A stretch of 64,000 nucleotides of DNA from Bacteroidales bacterium (GTDB lineage Bacteria; Bacteroidota; Bacteroidia; Bacteroidales; UBA932). The stretch spans positions 29,407-93,406 of the forward strand of contig JAILJO010000004.1 of NCBI GenBank assembly GCA_024694675.1. The letters run 5' to 3'. Each line of letters starts with the position of its first letter. The stretch's first letter is position 1. This document shows positions 30,948 to 40,647 of this stretch, piece after piece. The position numbers and the translations under genes were made by a program. Below the pieces are notes generated by a model. That model saw only the letters and a program-made list of their open reading frames with translations, was not told the DNA's origin and made no database searches.

Positions 30948-32212
30948 GGACCGGGAAATTCATACTCATCCTTCTGGGGGCGGCAGGTCTCATAGCCGCC
31001 TTTCCTTTTATCGTCCGCGGCCGTGGAGAGAAGGAAGTTCCCGCGCCGGAATATGTGCAGGACCTGAACTCCGCCATCGTCAATGAAGACATCCCGGAGC
31101 TCCGGGCCATGGACCATGCGGTGGACTCCTTCATGAACTTCTGGGCCCTCAAAGCCGCCTCCCTCGCCATAATGCGGAACGATTCCCTCCTCTATGCCAA
31201 AGGCTACGGGAAGGCCGATCCCACAACGGCAATGACCCCGGGGACCACCATGCGGCTGGCATCGGTCTCCAAGCTTCTCACCGCCGTGGGAATCATGAAG
31301 CTGCAGGAAGAGGGAAAAATATTCCTGGAGACTCCGGTGTTCGGGCCTTTAGGCGTGCTTAATGAGTACGACTGCTACATCAAGGACAACAATTATTATC
31401 TGATTACGGTGGAGCATCTACTCCGCCACCAGGCAGGGTTTTCCACCCGCGGCGGCGACGTCATGTTCTCCAAACTCACCTTCATGCGAGACTGGGGGCT
31501 TTCTGAGCCTCCCACCCCGCAGTTTGTGGTTCAGAAACAGATTGGACGAAGGCTCGCTTTCGAGCCCGGGACATGGCAGGAGTACTCCAATTTCGGGTTC
31601 CTGCTGCTGTCGCTGATTATTGAGAAAGTGAGCGGATTGCCTTACGACCAGTATATGCAGGAGCACGTTTTTGCGCCTGCCGGCTGCACTCAGTTCCGCA
31701 TTGCCGGGAATTACCTGAAGGACCGCCTTCCCGGCGAGTCCATGTATTTCATGCAGCCGGACAGCGAGCTGGTGCCTTCCTATGATGGCAAATACTCCGC
31801 AGTTGATAAGTGTTACGGAGGTAACGACATCACCGGCCTCATGGGCGCCGGCGCATGGACCGCCTCTGCCGTGGAAATGGCCCGCCTTGTTGGCTGCATC
31901 GACGGCCGCGGCCCCATGGAGGACATCCTCTCCGCAGAGTCCGTCCGCAAAATGACCACATGGTACGATGCCGACACCTTCTCCCTGGGCTGGAACGACA
32001 CCAAGCCCGACGGCGAATGGACCCGCACCGGCTCCTTCTCCGGGACATCGGCCCTTGTGAAGGTCTACCCTGACGGCGAGTGCTGGATCTTCATCTCCAA
32101 CACCTCCGCCTGGCGCGGTTCCCGCTTCACCAAAAACACCGCCCACCTCTGCAAGAACCTCCGCCGCCGCTTCTCCCCCTCCCTCCCCACACGCGATCTC
32201 TTTACCCTTTAA
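30944..32212 (+). CDS. Serine hydrolase (beta-lactamase/PBP-like family)
   Basis: SVSK (SxxK), LLRHQAG and YSN motifs. Confidence 0.87.
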   Translation: MRTGKFILILLGAAGLIAAFPFIVRGRGEKEVPAPEYVQDLNSAIVNEDIPELRAMDHAVDSFMNFWALKAASLAIMRNDSLLYAKGYGKADPTTAMTPGTTMRLASVSKLLTAVGIMKLQEEGKIFLETPVFGPLGVLNEYDCYIKDNNYYLITVEHLLRHQAGFSTRGGDVMFSKLTFMRDWGLSEPPTPQFVVQKQIGRRLAFEPGTWQEYSNFGFLLLSLIIEKVSGLPYDQYMQEHVFAPAGCTQFRIAGNYLKDRLPGESMYFMQPDSELVPSYDGKYSAVDKCYGGNDITGLMGAGAWTASAVEMARLVGCIDGRGPMEDILSAESVRKMTTWYDADTFSLGWNDTKPDGEWTRTGSFSGTSALVKVYPDGECWIFISNTSAWRGSRFTKNTAHLCKNLRRRFSPSLPTRDLFTL

Positions 32213-32216
32213 TACT

Positions 32217-33893
32217 ATGGCCGACGAAAAGATTATATTCTCCATGGCGGGGGTTGGAAAAACCCTTCCTCACAACAACAAAGTAATACTTAAGGACATT
32301 TACCTGGGCTTTTTCTACGGGGCCAAGATTGGCATCATAGGCCTTAACGGTTCCGGTAAGTCTACGCTGCTGAAGATAATCGCCGGCGTGGAGAAGTCCT
32401 ATAAGGGAGAAGTGGTATGGGCCCCTGGGTATTCCGTGGGCTATCTGGAGCAGGAGCCGCAGATGGATCCTGAAAAGACCGTGCTAGAAGTGGTTCAGGA
32501 GGGTGTGCAGGAGATAATGGACATCCTGCAGGAATACAATGAGATTTCAATGAAGTTCATGGAGCCCATGGACGATGATGAAATGAACCGCCTCATAGAA
32601 CGCCAGGGAGAACTCACTGAACTCATAGACCATAAGGGTGGCTGGGAGATAGACTCCAAGCTGGAAAGGGCCATGGATGCGCTCCAGTGCCCGCCGTCGG
32701 ACCAGAAGATAAAGGAACTCTCCGGTGGTGAACGCCGTCGCGTGGCGCTCTGCCGCCTGCTGCTTCAGGAACCTGACGTCCTCCTTCTGGACGAGCCCAC
32801 CAACCATCTTGACACGGAATCCATCCAGTGGCTGGAAGCCCACCTGCAGCAGTACAAGGGCACCGTCATCGCCGTCACGCATGACCGATACTTCCTTGAC
32901 AACGTAGCCGGCTGGATACTTGAACTGGACCGCGGTGAAGGCATTCCGTGGAAGGGCAACTACTCCAGTTGGCTGGACCAGAAGACAAAGCGCCTCGCCC
33001 AGGAAGAGAAGGCTGAAAGCAAGCGCAGAAAAACCCTTGAGAGGGAGCTGGAATGGGTCCGGATGGCCCCCAAGGCACGCCAGGCCAAGCAGAAGGCACG
33101 TCTGGGCGCTTATGAGAAACTTGCCGCGGCAGATACTAAGCAGAAGGAAGACAATCTGGAAATCTACATCCCCAACGGACCGCACCTTGGCAACAAGGTC
33201 ATCAAGTTCACGGACGTATCCAAGGCATATGGAGACAAACTGCTGTTCGAGCACCTCAGCTTTGAGCTTCCACCGGCAGGAATCGTGGGTGTAATCGGCC
33301 CTAACGGCGCCGGTAAGACCACCCTCTTCAGACTCATCATGGGCCTCGAGAAACCGGACACAGGCACCATAGAGATTGGCGAGACCGTGAAGATATCCTA
33401 TGTTGACCAGCAGCACCGCACGATAGATCCGGACAAGACAGTTTATGAGACAATTGCCGGCAATTCGGAGTGGGTGCGTATGGGCGGCCGGGACGTAAAC
33501 GCCCGTGCCTGGGTATCCCGTTTCAACTTCTCCGGAGCAGACCAGGAGAAACTCTGCGGTGTGCTCTCAGGCGGTGAAAGGAACCGCCTGCATCTTGCCC
33601 TCACCCTCAAGGACGAGGGCAACGTCCTCCTTCTTGACGAGCCTACCAACGATGTTGACGTGAACACCATCCGCGCCCTGGAAGAAGGCCTTGACAGCTT
33701 TGCCGGCTGCGCCGTAGTGGTCTCCCACGACCGCTGGTTCCTTGACCGCATAGCCACCCACATCCTCGCCTATGAAGGCGACGGACAGGTTGTATTCTTC
33801 GAAGGCAACTACCAGGAATACGAAGCCAATCGCAAGATGCGTCTGGGAGACACAGAGCCTAAGAGGTTCAAGTACAAGAAACTAATGGAATAA
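32217..33893 (+). CDS. ettA: ABC-F translational throttle protein EttA
   Basis: Two ABC domains; FFYGAKIGIIGLNGSGKST, ELDRGEGIPWKGNYSSWL, ELEWVR. Confidence 0.95.
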   Translation: MADEKIIFSMAGVGKTLPHNNKVILKDIYLGFFYGAKIGIIGLNGSGKSTLLKIIAGVEKSYKGEVVWAPGYSVGYLEQEPQMDPEKTVLEVVQEGVQEIMDILQEYNEISMKFMEPMDDDEMNRLIERQGELTELIDHKGGWEIDSKLERAMDALQCPPSDQKIKELSGGERRRVALCRLLLQEPDVLLLDEPTNHLDTESIQWLEAHLQQYKGTVIAVTHDRYFLDNVAGWILELDRGEGIPWKGNYSSWLDQKTKRLAQEEKAESKRRKTLERELEWVRMAPKARQAKQKARLGAYEKLAAADTKQKEDNLEIYIPNGPHLGNKVIKFTDVSKAYGDKLLFEHLSFELPPAGIVGVIGPNGAGKTTLFRLIMGLEKPDTGTIEIGETVKISYVDQQHRTIDPDKTVYETIAGNSEWVRMGGRDVNARAWVSRFNFSGADQEKLCGVLSGGERNRLHLALTLKDEGNVLLLDEPTNDVDVNTIRALEEGLDSFAGCAVVVSHDRWFLDRIATHILAYEGDGQVVFFEGNYQEYEANRKMRLGDTEPKRFKYKKLME

Positions 33894-33915
33894 GGCTACT
33901 CAATTATTGTGAGTT

Positions 33916-34410
33916 ATGGAAGTCATACAAAGTTTTACAATTGACCACACCCACCTGAAACCGGGCATTTATGTGTCCAGAGAAGACAAGGGCTTCACCA
34001 CGTTTGACATTCGCATCACCGAGCCCAACAAGGAGCCGGCCGTTGCCCCTGCCGCAATGCACAGCATGGAGCATCTTATGGCAACTTGGTTCCGTAATTC
34101 AGAGGCAAAAGAAGACGTGGTTTATGTGGGCCCCATGGGATGCCACACGGGCATGTACATCATTATGACAGGCAATTACAGCGTTCAAGATATGCGCAGA
34201 CTCACAATTGAGTGCCTTGAATGGATTCTGACCCAGGACGAGGTCCCCGCCACGCGCCCGGAAGCCTGCGGCAACTACCTGCTCCATGACCTCCCCATGT
34301 GCAAATGGGAATGCGCCCGCTACCTTGACCGCCTTAAGAACGCCTTCCACAGCGAATACACCAAACTTCAAATCACCCTCACCGACGGCAAGACCTTTGC
34401 CGACGCATAA
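33916..34410 (+). CDS. luxS: S-ribosylhomocysteine lyase
   Basis: SFTIDH, HSMEH, GPMGCHTG and CGNY motifs. Confidence 0.94.
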   Translation: MEVIQSFTIDHTHLKPGIYVSREDKGFTTFDIRITEPNKEPAVAPAAMHSMEHLMATWFRNSEAKEDVVYVGPMGCHTGMYIIMTGNYSVQDMRRLTIECLEWILTQDEVPATRPEACGNYLLHDLPMCKWECARYLDRLKNAFHSEYTKLQITLTDGKTFADA

Positions 34411-34845
34411 CTAATCCCTCTCCATCTCTGCCACGAAGTCTGAAGGAGATATTACAGTCATGGGGCAGAAAGGAGAGTTCAGCTTAAACAGCGCGCTGTC
34501 CCTTGTGATGAAAAAGTCACAGACACCGTTGTATGCGCTGCCGTATTGGGCATCGTCCTCAAAATCCCCGGTGGGGTTGCCAATGGCCCACAGGAGGTCT
34601 ATTTCGTCAATTGCAAGAATCTTGACAAATTGGCGCAATGACTGTAGGATTGCTTTAAAATCCTTGAAAACCATCCCATGTTTTCTTGCAGAATAAGCAG
34701 TGTCAATAATACTCTGCGTAGTTATAAAAGCTTGAAAAAGGCCTTCTTTTGCTGCAGAAAAGACTCTTTCTGCAACCGGTTTTTCAGGACGGTCGTTTAA
34801 GAACAAGTCCATCAGGACATTGGTGTCTATGAACGCTTTGACCAT
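34411..34845 (-). CDS. PIN-domain toxin (VapC-like)
   Basis: FIDTNVLMD, DFEDDAQY and FITRD motifs. Confidence 0.88.
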   Translation of the reverse strand: MVKAFIDTNVLMDLFLNDRPEKPVAERVFSAAKEGLFQAFITTQSIIDTAYSARKHGMVFKDFKAILQSLRQFVKILAIDEIDLLWAIGNPTGDFEDDAQYGSAYNGVCDFFITRDSALFKLNSPFCPMTVISPSDFVAEMERD

Positions 34846-34846
34846 A

Positions 34847-35113
34847 TCACTTGCTTAATATATATGCTAACCTGTCATCGGACTCCAGCATTTCCTGTGT
34901 TGTAGGAGGGAAAATCCCGCTGAGAGACTTTATAAGCGGGTCTATTTCCTTGTCTTTTGGACGTTTTGGAATTGCCACCTTTGTTGCCTCAATGAGTGCG
35001 TTCTCTATAAACGCATTCACCGATGTGTTCTGGCTCCTGGCGCGGTATTTCACGCGCTCCATGATCTCCGGCCTAAGCCTGATAACTGTTTGCACCCTTG
35101 TTGTCGTTTCCAT
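34847..35113 (-). CDS. Putative ribbon-helix-helix antitoxin (DUF6364-like)
   Basis: QTVIRL...VKYRARSQNTSVNAFIE...LAYILSK; directly upstream of the PIN gene. Confidence 0.72.
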   Translation of the reverse strand: METTTRVQTVIRLRPEIMERVKYRARSQNTSVNAFIENALIEATKVAIPKRPKDKEIDPLIKSLSGIFPPTTQEMLESDDRLAYILSK

Positions 35114-35159
35114 AAATGATATCATTTTTGCAAATATAATCATTATTTCCAAACTACAC

Positions 35160-35187
35160 AAAAAAACCCGACCTTCCGGCCGGGATT
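35160..35187 (-). terminator. Rho-independent terminator
   Basis: Minus strand CCCGGCC-GGAA-GGTCGGG followed by a T run. Confidence 0.7.
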
Positions 35188-35204
35188 CGTTTCTTCAGTG
35201 GATT

Positions 35205-35663
35205 CTAAATGACCACTACTGTATCCTGCAGGCTGCTGCCAAGTTTGTCGATGCCTTCTTCCAGGCCTTTCAGGAGCAGCTTTATGCCGTCTACGGTGCG
35301 GGACACAAGGGTGTCTATCTGAGTATCGACAGATTCATAGTCGTAACCATCAGGAGACCATTTTACGGTGGTATACTCCCCCGTTGACGTGTCGAATATC
35401 TGGTATGTCGCGACACGCGCGCTACGGCGGAACTCATAGCGGCCAACCTGCTTGTGGCTATGGCTCTGCTTCTTCGAAATTACGGTTTCATCGATAGTCC
35501 CTGTTTCATCGTCAAAATGCATGACTGTGAGTTCGGCGGTTGCCGTGTCAAACTTCAGGGTATAGCCTGGATATACGGTCTTGATGTTCTTGAATCTTCC
35601 AACCTGAGCGAATACAGGGAGCGCCATAATGATGGCCGCAATAATCACGATAATCTTTTTCAT
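35205..35663 (-). CDS. Secreted hypothetical protein
   Basis: Signal peptide MKKIIVIIAAIIMALPVFAQ. Confidence 0.7.
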   Translation of the reverse strand: MKKIIVIIAAIIMALPVFAQVGRFKNIKTVYPGYTLKFDTATAELTVMHFDDETGTIDETVISKKQSHSHKQVGRYEFRRSARVATYQIFDTSTGEYTTVKWSPDGYDYESVDTQIDTLVSRTVDGIKLLLKGLEEGIDKLGSSLQDTVVVI

Positions 35664-35740
35664 GCCTCTCCTTTCAACAAGTTTCGCGCCAGTTATCAGC
35701 AATAATGATTATCTTTATACCGGCAAATCATTTTCAGACT

Positions 35741-35818
35741 ATGGACAAAGGATTACTGACACAAAAATTCCTGGAAGAAGGACTGGAGGGCTATGTAGAG
35801 TACATGGTAAGTTTATGA
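35741..35818 (+). pseudogene. 25-codon ORF, possibly the remnant of an internally deleted gene
   Basis: MDKGLLTQKFLEEGLEGYVEYMVSL; follows TATCTTTA, and its TGA overlaps the next ATG (ATGA). Confidence 0.35.
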
Positions 35819-36098
35819 CGAAGAGGGTATTGTTCGTGTGCCACGGAAATATATGCAGGAGCCCTATGGCGGAGTTCATACTGAAGGCGCTGGTGAAGGC
35901 CAGGGGGCTGGAGGGGCGGTTCCACATTGAGTCCGCCGCATAATCCCGGAAGACCCTGAAGGGAAGATTCACCTTATGATGTCATACACAGGCGCCTGCC
36001 GCGACGTGGCGGACCCGTGGTATACCGGAGATTTCGAAGAGGCCTTCCAGGACATCCTTGAAGGCTGCGAGGCAATGCTTAACGAGCTATCGATTTGA
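35815..36098 (+). pseudogene. Low-molecular-weight protein tyrosine phosphatase with an internal deletion and frameshift
   Basis: VCHGNICRSPMAE...IESAA-stop; another frame from 35940 reads IIPEDPEGKIHLMMSY...DVADPWYTGDF...GC; the central segment is absent. Confidence 0.85.
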
Positions 36099-36101
36099 AT
36101 C

Positions 36102-36986
36102 ATGAAACGAGAGAACGAAATATCCAGGGTAACGCTGACCGGAAGCGTGGTGAACCTGCTGTTGGTTGGGCTCAAGGCCTTTGCAGGTATGGCGGGGCAT
36201 TCCGCGGCAATGATTTCGGACGCGGTTCATTCCCTGTCGGATTTTGTCACGGACATAGTGGTCCTGGTGTTCGTAAGGGTAAGCGCCAGGCCTCAGGACG
36301 ATGACCACGACTACGGACACGGCAAGTATGAGACCATCGCTACGCTATTTATTGGCCTGGCGCTGGCTGCGGCGGCTGTGGGCATCGTGGTGTCCGGAGC
36401 GAAAAAGCTTGCCGTATGGCTACAGGGAGAGGCCCTGCCAGCACCCGGGATGCTGGCACTCTGGGCCGCGCTCATATCCATCGTCATAAAAGAAATACTC
36501 TACCAATACACTCGCATCAAGGGGAAGAAACTGGACTCATCGGCCCTGGTGGCGAACGCCTGGCATCACCGCTCCGATGCCCTTAGCTCCATTGGTGCAG
36601 CCATAGGCATTGGCGGTGCCATCCTGCTGGGAGACCGGTGGACAGTGCTTGACCCGCTGGCTTCAATAGTGGTGGGCGCCATGCTGGTAAAAGTGGCCTG
36701 GGACCTTCTGGGACCCAGTTTCGGGGAGCTAACAGACAGCTCCCTTCCCGCCAATATGGAAAACGAGATGCTGGAAATCATTAAAGGAGTGGACGGTGTG
36801 GAAGACCCCCACAACCTCCGAACCCGCCGCATCGGCAACCGTATAGCGGCGGAGGTCCACATCCGCCTGGACGGCAACCTAAGCCTTGCCGATGCCCACG
36901 ACAAGGCCACCGAGGTTGAGCGCCGCTTTAAGGAACGCTTTGGTCCTCAGTCCCACATCATCATCCACATGGAGCCGCTGAAATAG
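36102..36986 (+). CDS. Cation diffusion facilitator transporter (FieF-like)
   Basis: DAVHSLSD, YGHGKYE, HHRSD and HMEP motifs. Confidence 0.92.
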   Translation: MKRENEISRVTLTGSVVNLLLVGLKAFAGMAGHSAAMISDAVHSLSDFVTDIVVLVFVRVSARPQDDDHDYGHGKYETIATLFIGLALAAAAVGIVVSGAKKLAVWLQGEALPAPGMLALWAALISIVIKEILYQYTRIKGKKLDSSALVANAWHHRSDALSSIGAAIGIGGAILLGDRWTVLDPLASIVVGAMLVKVAWDLLGPSFGELTDSSLPANMENEMLEIIKGVDGVEDPHNLRTRRIGNRIAAEVHIRLDGNLSLADAHDKATEVERRFKERFGPQSHIIIHMEPLK

Positions 36987-36992
36987 CCCGAA

Positions 36993-37856
36993 TCACGCTA
37001 TTCTGTAGCAGATGGTCCAGGCAAAGGGCTTGCCCGGGGCGGATTTGAAAGCGTTGTAGGGCTCGATGCAGGCCACCCGGGGGCTGGACCAGAATACGGC
37101 GTGGGTTACCGGAACACTGCCTTTAACTGAGACGCTGAGCGGACCTTCCCTCAGCGTCATTTGGTATGGCATCCCCTCCGTAAGGGCGGCGTGGATGTTA
37201 CCGGCATAGACGGTTTCGCCCTCTTTAAGGTTTCTGGAAAAACGGATTCCAGAGTGCGTGAAACCTACGCTGTCATACTCCGTCCTCCACTCTCCCACCG
37301 GGCAGAACGGGAAGTCGATTTCGCGGGAAGGGCCGATGGAAAACTTCCCGAAAGTAAAGAAGTTGTGGTTATAGACTTCTCCATCCAGAGGCACCTCCGA
37401 CGACAGATGATGGCGGATTTCGAAAGAATCGTCCCCCGAGAGGACTATCTCTTTCTCATACTCATAAATACCCTTCATTGTATGGCGAAAAAGCACATGG
37501 TCCGGAGCCTGGAGAACTTCCCACTCACCCGGCTCTATCACCTCATAAAGGCGAAAACGGTCGTAGATAGTTTTGTCTTTCAGAAGAAGCCCCACACCGG
37601 GTTTGAGGAACAATTCTCGGGACTGCCGCTCGTGGCCGGCAATAGCGGGGAATACCGGCGAAAACTCCTCCGCCGGCCCTTTCACTGCATCATGCATGAA
37701 CGGATCGTAATGCGGATACCAGTCCCCGGCCATCTCAATGCCGTTGAACAGTATACTGTCAAACACGCCCCCGTGGTCAAAGCGGGTGCTTTTGTAAAAC
37801 CCATCCTCCGGGTGATGGAGAGATAATTGAAGACTATCCGAGAAAAGTGAAATCAT
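36993..37856 (-). CDS. Hypothetical protein, probable galactose-mutarotase-like fold
   Basis: YKSTRFD, GPAEEF, YNHNFF and CIEPY; divergent from the sugar operon. Confidence 0.6.
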   Translation of the reverse strand: MISLFSDSLQLSLHHPEDGFYKSTRFDHGGVFDSILFNGIEMAGDWYPHYDPFMHDAVKGPAEEFSPVFPAIAGHERQSRELFLKPGVGLLLKDKTIYDRFRLYEVIEPGEWEVLQAPDHVLFRHTMKGIYEYEKEIVLSGDDSFEIRHHLSSEVPLDGEVYNHNFFTFGKFSIGPSREIDFPFCPVGEWRTEYDSVGFTHSGIRFSRNLKEGETVYAGNIHAALTEGMPYQMTLREGPLSVSVKGSVPVTHAVFWSSPRVACIEPYNAFKSAPGKPFAWTICYRIA

Positions 37857-37945
37857 ACCGTGCAAATTTAATGATATTTTTTTGCAGATAGTCTATTTTT
37901 TTCATATTTTTGCGCCACAGTACACCACAGTTAAAAACAATAGAA

Positions 37946-39181
37946 ATGAAAACTGACAACAAGTGGTACAAATGGGAGGTCCTGCTGCTGCTCTGGGTGG
38001 CGTATCTCCTGAACCAGGGAGACCGCCAGGTCTTCAATTCAGTACTGCCCCTGATCAGGGACAGCCTTTCCCTGACGGACAAGTCCGTGAGTCTCATCGC
38101 GGTATTCTTCAACCTGTTTTACGCGGTAATGGTACCCATCGGAGGGTGGGTCGGGGACAAGTTCTCCCGCAAGTGGGTCACAACCCTTAGCATCCTGTTC
38201 TGGAGCGTTGCCACCATGTTTACGGGCCTTGCCAACGGAGTTTTCCTCCTTATACTTACCCGCTCAATAGCAACTGGCGGAGGTGAAGCCTTCTTTGGAC
38301 CGGCGAACTATTCGCTGCTGGGACAATACCATACTGACACACGAGCGCGCGCGATGTCAATACACCAGACGTCGTACTATGTAGGTGTAATCCTGGCCGG
38401 ATGGCTGGCTGGTTATATCGGCGACCACCTTGGATGGCAATACGCGTTCTATATCTTCGGCGGTGCCGGAGTTATTTGGGCCATTGTGATGATGGTGAGG
38501 CTTAAAGACCTGCCCCGCCCCCAGGCGGCTAAGAGTGAAGTATCCATCTGGGACGGATTCAAGACTGTTTTCACAACACCCACAGCACTTATGGTGACCA
38601 TTGGATTCTGCGGATTCATTTTCGTGATAACCGGATATATGACGTGGGTACCCACTTTCCTTCAGGAGAACTTCGGGCAGACCGGAGCCCAGGCAGGACT
38701 GAATTCCATGCTGTGGACATACGTAGCGGCGTTTGTGGGAGTACTCCTTGCCGGAACTTTGTCAGACAAATTGGCTGCAAAAGACCCCAAGAAACGCATG
38801 ATTATCCAGGGCACCGGTCTTATCCTGGGCGCGGCATTCCTCCCGTTCATGGGAACTGCAAAGAGCATTTGGCTGCTTTATTTCTGCTTCGCCGGCTGGG
38901 GATTCTTCAGGGCATTTTTCGATGCGAATATCTATGCGGCCCTCTATGACGTAACACCCGAGCATCTCCACGCCAGCTGCTCAAGCGCAATGATTATGAC
39001 CGGCTTCGCCGTGGGCGCAACCGCACCTTACATCCTCGCAATCATCAAAGAGTCCACAGGCAGCCTCAACGCCACTTTCCCCATCCTAGGAGTAATCTGG
39101 CTGGTATGCGGTGCCGCATGCCTGTGGGTCAGTTACAAATACTACAACAGGGATAACACAAAAATCGTAAACCATGAATAA
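37946..39181 (+). CDS. MFS transporter
   Basis: LNQGDRQ, GWVGDKFSRK and TGGGEAF motifs; multiple hydrophobic segments. Confidence 0.92.
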   Translation: MKTDNKWYKWEVLLLLWVAYLLNQGDRQVFNSVLPLIRDSLSLTDKSVSLIAVFFNLFYAVMVPIGGWVGDKFSRKWVTTLSILFWSVATMFTGLANGVFLLILTRSIATGGGEAFFGPANYSLLGQYHTDTRARAMSIHQTSYYVGVILAGWLAGYIGDHLGWQYAFYIFGGAGVIWAIVMMVRLKDLPRPQAAKSEVSIWDGFKTVFTTPTALMVTIGFCGFIFVITGYMTWVPTFLQENFGQTGAQAGLNSMLWTYVAAFVGVLLAGTLSDKLAAKDPKKRMIIQGTGLILGAAFLPFMGTAKSIWLLYFCFAGWGFFRAFFDANIYAALYDVTPEHLHASCSSAMIMTGFAVGATAPYILAIIKESTGSLNATFPILGVIWLVCGAACLWVSYKYYNRDNTKIVNHE

Positions 39182-40634
39182 AGAATTGAAGGCAAGAAAG
39201 CCTAAAGCCGGCCTGCTCCTGATTGCATCGCCCCGATTCAAGAACCTGTACGGCCCCATACGCGGGACGTACGGCGAGCGCAAGGACATGGCCGTAAAAG
39301 AGATCAAAGCCAGCATGGATTTCCTGGATCTGGTGGACCCGGGAATCGTGTATGAAAGGGAAGACGCCTTGAAGGCTATCGACCTTTTCTTCGCGGAAAA
39401 AGTGGACTTCATCTATGCGGAATTCCTCTCCTGGAGCGAGGATTTCGCCTGGATCAGGTTCCTTCGCGACTGCCCGGAAATCCCCATCATCTTCTGCAAT
39501 GTCGCAAAGGACAGGATGACCTTCGAGACCACTCTTGACGAGGACGATTTCGTCGACTATCTCTGTGCAGGCACCCTCGTGGGCTCCCTGGAAGGCTCCG
39601 GCAGCATCAAGCGCGTTCCGCGAAAGAACGTCCGCACCGTCATGGGCACCCGCGCGGAAATCACTGAAAAGGTGCGCATCTATGCCGATGCCGCCAAGGT
39701 CCGCAGCATCCTCCGCCACTCCACCGTGGCTCTCATGGCCAACATGAACGAGGCCATGTGGAGCACCTATATCGACAATTACGACCTCTTCACCAAGATT
39801 GGCCCGGAGATACACTATCTCCCCTACTCCGACTACGGAACCGAAATAGAGAACCTTCCGGATCGCGAGGTCCAGGAATACGCCCTGGAACTTACTTCCA
39901 AGTATAAAGTCATGCCCGATGTTGAGGACGATAAACTCATCGGCTGTGTCAAGGCCACCCTCGCCATCAAAAAAATGGCCCAGAAGAACGACATCGACTG
40001 TTACGTCTACAACGACATAGACCAGGCCACCTTCCGTACCGCCGGTTGCCGTGCGGGCTTCTACCCTAACTGGTTCAACGAGAACGTCAGCGTCCTTGTC
40101 CCGGAGGCTGATATCGGTGCAGGTCTTGCCACCTACATCCTCAAACTCCTGAGCGGCAAGAACGTCAACTTCATAGAACCCTTCCACATCGAGGACGATT
40201 TTGGCACCTTCGCAGGAGGCCACGCCGGCCCCAACGACCACAACGACCCCAAGTGGCAGGATAATGTCATCATTTCACGCGACGTACGCTTTGCAAAGAC
40301 CTCCTGGAAGTATGCAGGAGCACCTTTTGCTTGGTACCGCATAAGCCCAGGCATGAAGACTGTCGCCGGCCTCTATGAGGAGAACGGCCGCTACAAACTG
40401 GTCACCTTCATGGCGGAAAGCCTCTCTGAGAAAGACACACCTCAGAGCAATAAAAAACATCTTCTGGCCACCTACAGCCATACCATCTTCAAGCCCGTCG
40501 TTCCTGTGAAGGAACTCTTCGAGAAGGTCCTGAAGGTGGGCGTCACGCAGCATTACGCCGTCGTGGACGGTGATTACAGGCCGCAACTGGAAGCGCTCTC
40601 CGAAATCATGGGGTTTGAGTATTACAGTTTCTAA
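39174..40634 (+). CDS. L-fucose/L-arabinose isomerase-like sugar isomerase
   Basis: PEAD, GHAG and C-terminal GVTQHYAVVDGD; sugar operon context. Confidence 0.75.
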   Translation: MNKELKARKPKAGLLLIASPRFKNLYGPIRGTYGERKDMAVKEIKASMDFLDLVDPGIVYEREDALKAIDLFFAEKVDFIYAEFLSWSEDFAWIRFLRDCPEIPIIFCNVAKDRMTFETTLDEDDFVDYLCAGTLVGSLEGSGSIKRVPRKNVRTVMGTRAEITEKVRIYADAAKVRSILRHSTVALMANMNEAMWSTYIDNYDLFTKIGPEIHYLPYSDYGTEIENLPDREVQEYALELTSKYKVMPDVEDDKLIGCVKATLAIKKMAQKNDIDCYVYNDIDQATFRTAGCRAGFYPNWFNENVSVLVPEADIGAGLATYILKLLSGKNVNFIEPFHIEDDFGTFAGGHAGPNDHNDPKWQDNVIISRDVRFAKTSWKYAGAPFAWYRISPGMKTVAGLYEENGRYKLVTFMAESLSEKDTPQSNKKHLLATYSHTIFKPVVPVKELFEKVLKVGVTQHYAVVDGDYRPQLEALSEIMGFEYYSF

Positions 40635-40647
40635 TGACGTAGTTGTT

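Noticed and set aside
30944-32212. Beta-lactam resistance gene
   Set aside because: It is a generic SxxK serine hydrolase in a housekeeping operon, with no evidence for beta-lactamase activity.
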